Assembly: GCA_965223545.1 (NCBI GenBank)
Contig: OZ245006.1
Span: forward strand, 7,328,001-7,392,000
DNA: 64,000 nucleotides
From: Planctomycetota bacterium
GTDB taxonomy: Bacteria; Planctomycetota; UBA1135; UBA2386
Direction: 5' to 3'
A program made the position numbers and the translations under genes. The notes under the pieces were generated by a model that ran no database searches, had not been told where the DNA came from, and saw only the letters and a list, made by a program, of their open reading frames with translations. Position 1 is the stretch's first letter. Each line of letters opens with the position of its first letter. This document shows, one piece after another, positions 27,487 to 37,456 of this stretch.

Positions 27487-28785
27487 ATGCATGTGCTCCC
27501 GTGGCAGGACTACGACTTCACCCGCCTCGCCACCGGCAGGTTGTTCGCCTACGTGGGTGCGGGCCTGTCGCAAGCGGCGGGGCTCGTGGGTTGGAACGAC
27601 CTCGCCCGCCGCGTCGCGACGTTCCGTCGCGATTACGACGGTGCGGCCGACGACGCGGAGGCACTACCTGACGATGAGGCCGCCAACCAGCGCGTGCTAC
27701 GGGCGTTCGTCGAACAGGTGGGCCACGACGGCCACCCAATCCTCTCGTACCCCTCGACGGACCTGCGGACCTTCGGACGCACGGTTCTTCTCAACCTACT
27801 GCTGCGTCGCCGGTCACCCTCTGGCCGCCGCGCGGCCGAGGAGTTCGATGCCGGCGACCTGGACCTGCACCACTCGCTGTGGCGGGCGCGCGTTCAGGGC
27901 GTCTTCACCACCAACTACGATATGCTGCTTGAGGAGGCATTCCATCTGACGCCGCTCGCGGAGCGCGACGCGGCTTACGGGCGCCGCGCGCTCCGCACCT
28001 ATCGCTACGACGCGCGCTTCCTCCGCTTCGTGCTGAGCACGCCACGGTTCGTGCTGAAGCTGCATGGAGACGTCAACGACCTGGGCACGATGCTGTTCGA
28101 CCCCTCGGCCGCTTGGGCTCCCGGGGGCGCCCTGCACGGTGCCCGCGGCCGCGACCTCTGCCGGGCCCTCGACAGTGCCCGAAACGCTGGACACATTGTC
28201 TATGTCGGCTGTGGCGCCCGTGATCGCACGTTCCGCTCGCTGCACGCGACCCCCGCTCCGACGACGCCGCCATTCGAGCGCGTCGCCCTCGTGCCGCTCT
28301 GTGAGGCGGGACGCTTGACCGACGTGCACGGTTTGCAGGTCCTCACCTATGGTGGCGCCGAACAACCACGAGCGGAGTACGCTCGCGAGCAGCTGCGCGG
28401 TTTCCTCGGAGCGCTGGAACAGGCCACCGAAACAAGGCCGGAGAGCCCCGCGCCGGAAGCGGTGAACATCTGGACCCAGCTCAGCCAGACCACGATGCGG
28501 CGGTGGTCGGTCAGCAACCCGTGGGACCTCCGCGACCTCTCCGTCCGAGCGGACGCCTGGCACCGCGTCGAACCGCCTGAACCTGGCCACTATCTCTGGC
28601 GACGCCGCGATGGCGACCGCAGTCCCTTCCTATCCAAGGTCGCCGCCGTCGAATGCCACGAGAGGTACCTGTGTGCGGTACTCGAGGGCCGCGAGGTGCA
28701 GTGGGACTGGACGACGCAGCGAGGTGCGGACGAACCGCTGCGAGCCTACGAATGGATCGGCCCCCTCGACGCTTCGTGGGGCTGA
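27487..28785 (+). CDS. SIR2-like (SIR2_2) domain protein
   Basis: YVGAGLS, W..L, TTNYDMLLEEA, LKLHGD, YVGCGARD. Confidence 0.85.
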   Translation: MHVLPWQDYDFTRLATGRLFAYVGAGLSQAAGLVGWNDLARRVATFRRDYDGAADDAEALPDDEAANQRVLRAFVEQVGHDGHPILSYPSTDLRTFGRTVLLNLLLRRRSPSGRRAAEEFDAGDLDLHHSLWRARVQGVFTTNYDMLLEEAFHLTPLAERDAAYGRRALRTYRYDARFLRFVLSTPRFVLKLHGDVNDLGTMLFDPSAAWAPGGALHGARGRDLCRALDSARNAGHIVYVGCGARDRTFRSLHATPAPTTPPFERVALVPLCEAGRLTDVHGLQVLTYGGAEQPRAEYAREQLRGFLGALEQATETRPESPAPEAVNIWTQLSQTTMRRWSVSNPWDLRDLSVRADAWHRVEPPEPGHYLWRRRDGDRSPFLSKVAAVECHERYLCAVLEGREVQWDWTTQRGADEPLRAYEWIGPLDASWG

Positions 28786-28975
28786 TGCGCCGAGGCCATT
28801 GACGTGGCAAGGATCATCGGATCGCCCCGCCCGCCGAGCCCTCCTGGCGTCACGAGTCCTCGGAGACCGCGACGACCCCGTCTGTGCCCGACCATTCTTC
28901 TGCTGCGCTCAGGCGGCATGGTCCGATTCCCCCGCATGAGGCCGTTGTGCGGTTGGCGACTCGTGGCTCACCGGT

Positions 28976-31627
28976 TCACGGGAGCGCGACTTCCAAAGCG
29001 AGCGTCTCCCCCGCCTTCAGCTCGATGGCGAGCCGTTGCGTCTCGATGTTCGGCCCGCGTACGACGAGGCTGTGCAAACCGGTTGGAAGTAGGCGAAAGC
29101 TGACGCTTTGGCCCTCTCGCTGCCCGGTGTCGACGGTGATGCCCGCTGCGTCGACGACCTGGACTTCGAGGTCCTCGAGCTGTGTGTGGTTTGCCGGCTG
29201 GATGGCCACGACCAGGCGGGCCCCATAGCGCAGGCGTGCATCGGGAACCTGGCGGACTTCGCCGGCGACGAGGGAGAGTTCGCCGAGCTGCGCATCCAGG
29301 AAGCCAGCGAGCGATCCTCTGATCTCGTACCGACCTGCGGGCAGCGGTCCGACTTCGAAGCGACCTCTCGCGTCGGTCTCGGGCGGCGGGACCATCGGAT
29401 ACGGGTGGTTGGCCAACTGCAGGCTGACTTTGGCCGCAGAGTTGCCATCAGGCATGAGCACCCGTCCCGTGATCCTGGCGCTCGGCAGCGCTTCGCGGGG
29501 GACCTCGATGGTCAGCTCCGCCGCGCCGGGAAGCACGTGCTGCACTGTCCGTACTGCCGGCCCGACGAAGCTCGGCGGGTACACCTCGAGGGTGTACTCC
29601 CGAGCTTCGCAGTTGTTGAGGACGAACGCGCCGCCGCGGTCGGCGCGGGCGAAGGCACCGGCTGTGCCTCTCTCCGCGATCACCCAGTTCTCCAGCGGTT
29701 GGCCACGATGGTCCACGAGCTCGCCCTCGATGCGCAGTCCGGCATCGAGCCTGAAGTCGACCTCGTGTGGTCTGCCGCTAGTCAGCAGGATCGTGGGCTC
29801 CATGCTGCCGTGCTGCGGGCTGTGGATCGAGAGAGTCAGCTCTCCCGCGGGCAGGTCGTCGAAGCGATACCGACCGTCGGCGGTTGTCATGGCGACTCCC
29901 GTCTCGGCGTAATTCGCGGGGCGCAACACGTACGCGTCCTGAACGGGCTCTCCGTCTCGATTCGTGATGCGCCCGAAGAGTGCGGCTCCGCTTTGCAGTT
30001 GGACAGAGACGTGGGTCGCACCTCCCGGTGGGCAGACCGCCGTTCCCCGCCACCGGGAGTACCCTCGGGCGTAGACATACAGGGCAGTGGGACCGGACCG
30101 GAGGGACGTCGCCCTGAACTCCCCCTGCGCGTCGGTCGCGACGTGCACCGTCGGTGGGGCGTGGAAGGTGCCGCCACCGGGCAGTACCCGCCGACGCTCC
30201 CGGCTACCCCTGCCGCCGATCGTCACCCATGCGTTGGCGACCGGGTTCCCCCGCGGGTCGGAGACGCGACCGGTCATGGCTGCGGGCAAACCCGGCAGAG
30301 TCAGGCGAAGGATCACGTCGCCGCGCGAGTCGGGCACGAACTCGTCGAGCAGAGCGAAGTCCGAGGTCCCGTGGTTGCGAGTTCGGGCGCCAATCAGGTT
30401 GCCGCGACTCGGCGAGTCGACGCGGAAGCTGCCGTCGCCCGCGGTGACGGTCAGCGGGTAGGCCGACTGCGGCGGACTCAACGACGCGACGCAGAGGATC
30501 TCGGCTCCGGCCACGGGCAGGTCGTCCCGGTCGACGACGATGCCACGGATCGACAACCCGCGGGGGATCGCGAGCTCGACGGTCGTTCGCTCTCCGGCGC
30601 GGGCCTCTACCGCGTCTCCGTCTTGCCGGAAGGTGCGCACGTCGAACCTGCCGGGGTCGAGGGCGTCGAATAGTGCTTTGCCCGCCGCATCGGTTGGAGT
30701 GAGCGTCGCGGGCGCTGCAGGGTACCACGCCCCCGTGCCGGTCGCGCGGAGCCTGGTCACCGACACGCCGACGTGACCGGCTGGCTCTTGCGTTCCTTGC
30801 CAGACCACGCGCACGAGAAGACTGGCCACCTCGACTGCCGGAACCGGAGGGGCGGCCGGCACCAGAATGTGGCGGTCACCGACAGGGCTCGGTACGTCCG
30901 AAACGGGCGCATCTGCCGCAATCGGGTTCGCTGGGGAGCGTCCGGGCTCGGGCGGGATCGCGGCGGTAGGACCACTTCGGTACCAGACTCCGAGCAAACC
31001 AGCGAGCACGAGACCTGTCACGAGCAGGGCTTTGGTCTTCACCTTCATCAGGACGAACCCCCACAACGTCGGAGTGTCGACTTTCCAGAGGGCTGGCGAG
31101 GCGATCGGCGGCAGCCACCCTCGCCTTCCGTCGTACGAGTGGTCCAGCTTGGCCCGCACCAGGGCGAGGCCTCGCTTGAGCCGGGTGCGGACGGTCTCGA
31201 CCGGGACGCCGGTCCGGGCCGCGATTGCCCGACACGAGAGCCCCTTCATGAACCTCGCGAGCAGCGTGGAGCGATAGGGCTCGTGGAGATCCAGCACGGC
31301 CCGACCGGCTTCAAACTGGAGCTCTGCTTCGGCGACGACGTCCCCGGCGGCGCGCGCATGCTGTGCGGCGGGGGCGGCGTCCTCCGCCCGCTGCCGTCGT
31401 GTTTCGCGGCGACAAAAGCCGATGGCGATGTTTCGAGCAACCCGCGCCAACCACGAGCGGCGGGGGACGCCGCGTGGAGGCGGGTTGGAGAGTTCGGCCA
31501 AGACGACCTCTTGACCGAGATCCTCCGCCAGGTCGGCATCTCGGATGAGCGTGCGCGCAAACCCTCGCAGCCACTCCAGATCCAGCAAGGTCGAGTCGAG
31601 CGCCTGGCGGTCGGTGGGGTGGCTCAT
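28976..31627 (-). CDS. ECF sigma-70 factor fused to a TM helix and carboxypeptidase-regulatory-like repeats
   Basis: WLRGFARTLIRDADLAEDLGQE; LHEPYRSTLLARFMKGLSCRAIAARTGVPVETVRTRLKRG; TM helix; repeated G.V.D..G.PV.GA units. Confidence 0.92.
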   Translation of the reverse strand: MSHPTDRQALDSTLLDLEWLRGFARTLIRDADLAEDLGQEVVLAELSNPPPRGVPRRSWLARVARNIAIGFCRRETRRQRAEDAAPAAQHARAAGDVVAEAELQFEAGRAVLDLHEPYRSTLLARFMKGLSCRAIAARTGVPVETVRTRLKRGLALVRAKLDHSYDGRRGWLPPIASPALWKVDTPTLWGFVLMKVKTKALLVTGLVLAGLLGVWYRSGPTAAIPPEPGRSPANPIAADAPVSDVPSPVGDRHILVPAAPPVPAVEVASLLVRVVWQGTQEPAGHVGVSVTRLRATGTGAWYPAAPATLTPTDAAGKALFDALDPGRFDVRTFRQDGDAVEARAGERTTVELAIPRGLSIRGIVVDRDDLPVAGAEILCVASLSPPQSAYPLTVTAGDGSFRVDSPSRGNLIGARTRNHGTSDFALLDEFVPDSRGDVILRLTLPGLPAAMTGRVSDPRGNPVANAWVTIGGRGSRERRRVLPGGGTFHAPPTVHVATDAQGEFRATSLRSGPTALYVYARGYSRWRGTAVCPPGGATHVSVQLQSGAALFGRITNRDGEPVQDAYVLRPANYAETGVAMTTADGRYRFDDLPAGELTLSIHSPQHGSMEPTILLTSGRPHEVDFRLDAGLRIEGELVDHRGQPLENWVIAERGTAGAFARADRGGAFVLNNCEAREYTLEVYPPSFVGPAVRTVQHVLPGAAELTIEVPREALPSARITGRVLMPDGNSAAKVSLQLANHPYPMVPPPETDARGRFEVGPLPAGRYEIRGSLAGFLDAQLGELSLVAGEVRQVPDARLRYGARLVVAIQPANHTQLEDLEVQVVDAAGITVDTGQREGQSVSFRLLPTGLHSLVVRGPNIETQRLAIELKAGETLALEVALP

Positions 31628-32017
31628 GCTTGCGTTGGATCGCCGCGGAGCGGAATCATGGTTCGGAAAATCCGCACTCTGACCGCTCTTTCAAGCTGGT
31701 CGGGCTCGAAAGTCGACACTCGGGTCCGATGGCCTCTGGCGAGGGTGTTTTCGCCGCGGGTCACGCCGACATCGGCGCTGGCTGGGGTGCAAGTGAGGAG
31801 AGTCCGCGAACGACCGTGTAACCGGCCAGAGCGTCACTACGCGGTCGGTCCCCGGCCAGGTTGGCGCATCTTGGTCAGCGCGGGGGGAGGCGGTCAGCAG
31901 GAGCCTCCAGGTCGCGGGTTCCGTGTCGACGGCGCGCTTCACCGCACCAAGGACCTCGGGGACAAGCAGGTGCCCGAGTGCAGCTCTTCGGCCGATTGGC
32001 GAACGTTGCGCGGCTCA

Positions 32018-33250
32018 CTAGAACACTGTCTCGAGCCACAGGGCGATCGGCAGCTCGAGCAGCCACCAGTGCTGCGACGAGCCGAAGTGGTCGACGTGTG
32101 CGAACTGCTCGATCGACTGGAAGGTCACGTCCGCCGAGCTCAGCTGGGCGGGCAGCTCGTCCATGACGGAGCCGAAGCCGAGTCCGGCTTTGATGACGAG
32201 GACCTTGCCGGTGAAGGCCGCCAGGTTGTCGCCGTACTGCGGGACCACGCCGGCGAGGCCGCCGTACAGGTCGCGCAGGATGCCGATGGAGATCGAGTCG
32301 TTGAAGACGGCGACGTTGGCGAGCAAGCGCTCCTCGTCCGAGTAGACGAGCTCACCGGCCGGAACGTCGCCGACGGCGGAGATGAAGCCGGGGCGGGGTG
32401 ACGGGGCGAGTGGGTTGGGTACTGACATCACCGCGACGAACGCCTGCATGTTCGTGAGGCCGGGCGGGAAGCCGGGAACCGGCAGCGCGAAGGGATCGTT
32501 GGGCGCGATCGTCGCGAGCTGGCCGACCTGTTTGACCAGGGGCAACGACTGGTCCTCGAAGGCGATCCCCGCCGCGAGCATCGCATCGAGCTGCTGGTAG
32601 AAGCCCAATGCATGGGTTTGCACCGCGACGTCGGTCGTCGTCACCGCGCCCTCCCACGCGAGCACGCCGGCGTAGTCGTTGGGGGAGGCATCCACCACGG
32701 CGAGCCCGGTGGTCGCGCCCATCGACAGGCCGCCGACGACCGGCAGGCAGCCCGGCTGGGCCGCGGCGATCTGTGTCCGAATGTAGGCGACGTCGTCGAG
32801 CACGGTCTGCAGCGTCCAGCCGAGGGCCGCTGAGCAGTCGACGCCACCGAAGCACGCACCGGCAGCCACGTTGGCGCTGCGCGGTGAGTAGCCCCACACG
32901 TCGTAGCCGATGCGGGCGAAGAACCCGGCGAACGACCAGCTTGGGTCGCCGCTCTCGTGCACGAGGTACTGTTCGAAACGGTTGCCGAGCGGCGGCAGCA
33001 GTAGGAGCACGCCCCGCGTGCCGGCCCCGGCGCGCTGGACGCGGTGCATGGTGAAGCGGTTGAGGGGATTGGCGCCCTCTTGAACCACGGTGTCCGTCAG
33101 TTGGAGGCTGCCGAACGCCAGCGGCTGTAGCTGCGTGTTCTGGCTGACGACTGCGTACTGGGCCGTGCCCGCGTCGGCGAGCGTGAAGCACGACAGGAGG
33201 CCGGAGAGCAGCCAGGGGAAGGCGCGAGTGCGCGAGTGCGAACGGAACAT
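32018..33250 (-). CDS. Secreted alpha/beta hydrolase
   Basis: GAGG RBS then ATG 33250; signal peptide; GYDVWGYSPR, GLSMG nucleophile elbow, C-terminal HVDH. Confidence 0.8.
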   Translation of the reverse strand: MFRSHSRTRAFPWLLSGLLSCFTLADAGTAQYAVVSQNTQLQPLAFGSLQLTDTVVQEGANPLNRFTMHRVQRAGAGTRGVLLLLPPLGNRFEQYLVHESGDPSWSFAGFFARIGYDVWGYSPRSANVAAGACFGGVDCSAALGWTLQTVLDDVAYIRTQIAAAQPGCLPVVGGLSMGATTGLAVVDASPNDYAGVLAWEGAVTTTDVAVQTHALGFYQQLDAMLAAGIAFEDQSLPLVKQVGQLATIAPNDPFALPVPGFPPGLTNMQAFVAVMSVPNPLAPSPRPGFISAVGDVPAGELVYSDEERLLANVAVFNDSISIGILRDLYGGLAGVVPQYGDNLAAFTGKVLVIKAGLGFGSVMDELPAQLSSADVTFQSIEQFAHVDHFGSSQHWWLLELPIALWLETVF

Positions 33251-33439
33251 GGGTCCTCTCGGATCAAGGAGTCTGTGGTCGGGATGTCGCGAGCTGCGAT
33301 CCCAGTAGTTCGTCCACCCGCGGTCAGACGCCGCTGTCACGCGCGGTTCGAGGAATTTTGGCGACCCGAGATTCGTGCGGCATGTGGCGGATGCGTCCGC
33401 ACTGGTGCGTTGTTCGTGTGTTTCCCAAACGAGACTGTC

Positions 33440-34165
33440 ATGCAAACGCAGCAACGGGTCTCTGCATCGTTGCAAGCCAACGCCACGCAGCGGTTGCGCC
33501 ACGACGCGCCCACCTCTGGGCGACGACCGAGCACCGGCGCGGCGCCTCCGCAATTGGCACCAGAGTCGGTGGATCCGGAGGAACGTCGCGCCACCGAGCG
33601 CTACCTGGAGCGGCAGTTCGCCGTGCTGCGCCGGCGGCACAGCGCACAGAACGCGATCCTGCTGCGTGTCGTCGCCGACCACTGTGCGCACGCCGTGGCT
33701 CTGGCCAAGCGCGGGGCGTTGGCCGATGCCCGCACCCAACTGACGACCCTCGATGGGTTGGCGCCGTGCCACGATGTGGAACTCCGGGCCGTGCATGGCA
33801 TCGTGGCACTGCCGGCCTGGGCCCTCGTCGAATGGCGGGAGCAACAGCACGCCCGCGCGCAAGGGTTGCTGCGCCAAGCGATCGAGCTCTGTGGTTGGCT
33901 CGCGGGTGATCGCGGCCACGATTATCTGACGGGCAAACGGATCCACCTCGCCGCCAATACGGGTCGCGTTCTGGTCTCACAGCGACAGTTCGGGGAGGCG
34001 CGCGCATGCGTGCGCGCGCTGCGTGCGGTGTTGGCCGGGGATCGCAGCGCCTGGTGCTTCGCATCGCCGGAGAGCCTGGTCCTTCCGCTGGTAACGGGGC
34101 AGGCGACGGGGCTCGCCCGACAGCTGGACCGAGTCGCGGCGCTTTGTCGGGAGGGCGGGCGATGA
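33440..34165 (+). CDS. Helical (TPR-like) hypothetical protein coupled to the lanthipeptide synthetase
   Basis: Amphipathic A/L-rich helices; ATGA overlap with the synthetase. Start uncertain. Confidence 0.65.
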   Translation: MQTQQRVSASLQANATQRLRHDAPTSGRRPSTGAAPPQLAPESVDPEERRATERYLERQFAVLRRRHSAQNAILLRVVADHCAHAVALAKRGALADARTQLTTLDGLAPCHDVELRAVHGIVALPAWALVEWREQQHARAQGLLRQAIELCGWLAGDRGHDYLTGKRIHLAANTGRVLVSQRQFGEARACVRALRAVLAGDRSAWCFASPESLVLPLVTGQATGLARQLDRVAALCREGGR

Positions 34166-36912
34166 CCGGCGCCGACCCCGTACGGGCGGCGGCGCGCCGA
34201 CTCGCGGCTGAGGACTTCCTGCGCGGCTGGACGGTGCGTGCGCAACCCGCGTCTTCGGCTCTTCACGCCGGCGCCGCCGGCGCCGACTTCTGGACCAGCT
34301 ACAGCGCGCCGAACGCTCGGGAAGCGAGCAGCGGATTCAAGATCCACGTATCTGCCAGCATCGCGTCGGCAGCCGACGTCCTGTTGCGCGCCGCGCCCGC
34401 GTTCGGACGCATGGGCGTGCCTTTCAAGCACGCCAGCTCACTGGACCGCCTGGCGACGTTGTCCAGCGGCGCGGGTGGCGCCACCCAGGTCGGCAAGTTC
34501 TTGACCGCGTATCCGCCGGACCCGGAGACCGCGCGCCGTCTCGCCGACCGACTCCACGAGCTGACGCAGGGGTTGCCCGGTCCGCGCATCGCGTCGGAGC
34601 AGCAGTTGTGTCCCGGCAGTCTGGTGCACTACCGCTATGGTGCATTCGTCGAGCAGTGGTTGCAGCTACCGACCGGGCGGATCGCGCCGGCGCGGCTCGG
34701 GCCGCGCGGGCTCGAGCCCGACGAGCGCGGCGCTGGCCCCGGCGATGGCGCGCCGCCGAGTCCGTTCGGCGCTCCGACGGATGGCGTCGATGGCGAGACG
34801 CGCACCCTGCTGGCGGAACGCTACGTCCGCATGCGCCCCTTGCACGAGAGTCCCAAGGGCAACACTTGGCTGGGGTTCGATCAAGACTCCGCGCCTGCCG
34901 AGGACCCGGAACGCCGCGCGATGGTCGTGATCAAGGAGGCGTTCGCGTTCGTGATGGAGGCGAGCGATGGCCTCGACGCGGTGCGCCGCTTGGAGCGGGA
35001 GGCGCTGCGCATCCGCGCGCTCCAGGACAGCGGGCTGACGCCTGTGTTCGTCGACTACTGGCGTGAAGTGGACCGGGCGTTCTTGGTCTATCGACTGGTC
35101 GAGGGTCCGACTCTGGCCTCGATCATCAACTCCCTGCGCGATGAGGGACTTTCGCCACCCGCGACTCTGTTGCGCGATTGGGCCCAGCGCCTGGCGGACG
35201 CCGTCGCCGAGGTCCACGGCCGCGGCTTCGTGCTCGGCGACATCAAGCCGTCGAACATCGTGTTTGCCGATGGGGGGTTTCGTTTCATCGACCTGGAGCT
35301 CGCCGGCACACCGACCACGGCGCCGTGCGGCGGGATGGGGACACCCGGCTACTGCTCCCCGGAGCAGGCCGATCCCGACGTGGGCCGCAGCTTCCAGCAA
35401 GACGTCTACAGCATCGGCGCGACCTTGTTGGCGGCGTCGACTCTCACTGATGCATCGTCGCTGCCGGACCTCTCGGCGGTCGCCGCCGCCGAGTCGCGCC
35501 GCCACGGTGCGCCGATCCACGCGTTGATTCGGCAATGCCTGGCGCGTGACCCCGGGAGCCGGCCGGAGTCTGCCGTCGATCTCGCTGCCCGCTGTCGCGC
35601 GCTCGATGGAGTGCCGGCCGCGGTGCGCGATACCGTCGTTGACGCCCAACCGGGTGTCGACTTCGGTCAGCTGGCCGCGGACGTCGGTGACCTCCTTCTC
35701 CACGCCGCGCGGAGCGACGGGAGCTACACGTGGTGGGAGTCCGGTCACGCGACGGTGGGGCTGCGCGCGGTGCGCGATTTGTACGCAGGCTCGTGTGGGA
35801 CCGCCTTGTTCCTGTGGGAGCTCTACGAGCAGGGCGGCGACGAGCGCTACTTGGACGCGGCCCGCCGCTGCGGTGAGTGGCTGTGGCGCACCGATCCCGA
35901 GGTGCCTCGACAAGTGGAGATGCCGGGCCTGTACTTCGGCGAGGCCGGTCCCGGGCTGCTGTACCTGCGCCTTCACGAGGCGACTGACGAGCCCGTGTGG
36001 CTGACCCGCGCTCGGCGCGCGAGCGCACGCGTGGCGGCCATGCCGCACCACTCGCCGGACCTGATGACCGGTGCCGCCGGCAGCGGCCTGTTCCACCTGG
36101 CGCTGTGGAGTACTGCGGGTGATACGGATGCCCTGGACCGCGCGCGGTGGGACGCTGCTTGGCTGCTCGACCGGCGGGTCGGCGGGCGTCCCTCGTGGGC
36201 GATCCCGCCCGAGCACGAGACCTTGAGCGACACCGAGTACTTGGGCTTCGCGCACGGTTCCGCCGGGATCGGCCATTTCCTCGCCGAGTTGTGTGCGGCA
36301 GCGCCGGACCCGGCGTTGCGGCAAGCGTGCGCGGAGACCGCAGATTGGCTGCTCGAGCACGCGCAGCCGTGCCTCCCCGATCAACGCGGGTTGCGGTGGC
36401 CGAACTCGCCTGGCGACAGCGCTGGAATCGGCGTCTACTGGTGTCACGGCGCCGCTGGAGTGGCGCGCTTCCTGGCGCACGCCGGTGTGGTCCTGAACGA
36501 CGCACGGTATCTCGACGCCGCCATTGGTGCCGCACGCAGCATCGCCGCGGCGCGCTGGAGCGGCACCACGCAGTGTCACGGTTTGGCTGGCAACATCGAT
36601 GTGTTGGTCGACGTTTGGCAGTGTGTAGGCGGCCGGTGGCTGGACGTTGCGCGGAATCTCGGCCAGGACCTCTTGCTCTATCGGACCGAGCGCGGCTGGC
36701 CGTCCGAGTCGTCCCTCGTCTACAGCCCGGACCTGGTCGTCGGTCAGGCCGGCGTCGGTGCCGCGTTTGCGCGCTTGGCGGCGCCTCACCGACAACACGT
36801 CGTGACGGCAAGAGTGTCCCGCGGTTGCGGACCGGCTGAAGGTCAGTCGGTTGCGCCACCGCTCACCGCAAGAGAGTTCGCTCTCCAAAGGAGTAGCCAT
36901 GCCAAACTGTGA
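34162..36912 (+). CDS. lanL: Class IV lanthipeptide synthetase (lyase-kinase-LanC cyclase)
   Basis: Lyase: GFKIHVS, FKH, GKFLTAYP, YRYG. Kinase: IKEA, DIKPSN, IDLE, GTPGY. Cyclase: GFAHG, with Zn ligands in WCHG and QCHG. Confidence 0.92.
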   Translation: MTGADPVRAAARRLAAEDFLRGWTVRAQPASSALHAGAAGADFWTSYSAPNAREASSGFKIHVSASIASAADVLLRAAPAFGRMGVPFKHASSLDRLATLSSGAGGATQVGKFLTAYPPDPETARRLADRLHELTQGLPGPRIASEQQLCPGSLVHYRYGAFVEQWLQLPTGRIAPARLGPRGLEPDERGAGPGDGAPPSPFGAPTDGVDGETRTLLAERYVRMRPLHESPKGNTWLGFDQDSAPAEDPERRAMVVIKEAFAFVMEASDGLDAVRRLEREALRIRALQDSGLTPVFVDYWREVDRAFLVYRLVEGPTLASIINSLRDEGLSPPATLLRDWAQRLADAVAEVHGRGFVLGDIKPSNIVFADGGFRFIDLELAGTPTTAPCGGMGTPGYCSPEQADPDVGRSFQQDVYSIGATLLAASTLTDASSLPDLSAVAAAESRRHGAPIHALIRQCLARDPGSRPESAVDLAARCRALDGVPAAVRDTVVDAQPGVDFGQLAADVGDLLLHAARSDGSYTWWESGHATVGLRAVRDLYAGSCGTALFLWELYEQGGDERYLDAARRCGEWLWRTDPEVPRQVEMPGLYFGEAGPGLLYLRLHEATDEPVWLTRARRASARVAAMPHHSPDLMTGAAGSGLFHLALWSTAGDTDALDRARWDAAWLLDRRVGGRPSWAIPPEHETLSDTEYLGFAHGSAGIGHFLAELCAAAPDPALRQACAETADWLLEHAQPCLPDQRGLRWPNSPGDSAGIGVYWCHGAAGVARFLAHAGVVLNDARYLDAAIGAARSIAAARWSGTTQCHGLAGNIDVLVDVWQCVGGRWLDVARNLGQDLLLYRTERGWPSESSLVYSPDLVVGQAGVGAAFARLAAPHRQHVVTARVSRGCGPAEGQSVAPPLTAREFALQRSSHAKL

Positions 36913-37297
36913 TCCGGAAAAGCGTCCGGAAGATGATCTAGACCTCGTCGCGCGCGTCATGGAGACCGTGCACCGCCAAGTCGGTAGCTACATGACGTCG
37001 CTGCAACAGCTGCGCACCGTGCGTCGCGAGATCGAAGTCAATCCCAACCTTCGCAAACGCGTGACCTCGGGATCGAGGGAGATGGTCAAGGTGCTGGTGG
37101 AGCGTGGTGTGCCGGAGCCGTTGGCCGCCGGCATGTCCGCCGAAGACTGGCGCGACCTCGATCTCGCCGGCAGCCTGGGTCTGTGGACCTGGGACTGCTG
37201 CTGCACCGGGTGTTGTCTGACGTGCATCTGCACGCAGAACACCTCGGCCGTCGCCAATCCCGGCGAAAGCGTGATCAATCCTCAGATCGGGCGCTAG
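36899..37297 (+). CDS. Putative lanthipeptide precursor (132 aa; long leader, Cys-rich core)
   Basis: AAGGAG RBS at 36888-36893; overlaps the synthetase stop; core WTWDCCCTGCCLTCICTQNTS. Confidence 0.85.
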   Translation: MPNCDPEKRPEDDLDLVARVMETVHRQVGSYMTSLQQLRTVRREIEVNPNLRKRVTSGSREMVKVLVERGVPEPLAAGMSAEDWRDLDLAGSLGLWTWDCCCTGCCLTCICTQNTSAVANPGESVINPQIGR

Positions 37298-37300
37298 CGC

Positions 37301-37347
37301 CCGGCGGCGGTGGTGCGTGCCAGCCAGCTTGTGGCGCGCACCGCCGG
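37301..37347 (+). terminator. GC-rich hairpin after the precursor gene (terminator or mRNA stabiliser)
   Basis: GGTGCGTGCCA...TGGCGCGCACC stem, extendable by CCGGCGG/CCGCCGG; no U-tract. Confidence 0.35.
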
Positions 37348-37456
37348 CCCTGTTGCGTGATCTCGGGCTCACCCCTCGAGAAGCGGCGCTCTTCTGCCAC
37401 AATGGAGGTGTCGGGCCGCGGGCACGACGAGTCGCCCGGCGCCGCGAGGACGATGC

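Noticed and set aside
33251..33946. N-terminal extension of the 642-aa hydrolase ORF
   Set aside because: Overlaps the opposite-strand gene; RBS and signal peptide indicate ATG 33250.
34666..36960. 764-aa minus-strand ORF, and similar long ORFs at 45240-47303, 50765-53254 and 56648-59044
   Set aside because: Antisense or off-frame shadows of well-supported genes in high-GC DNA.
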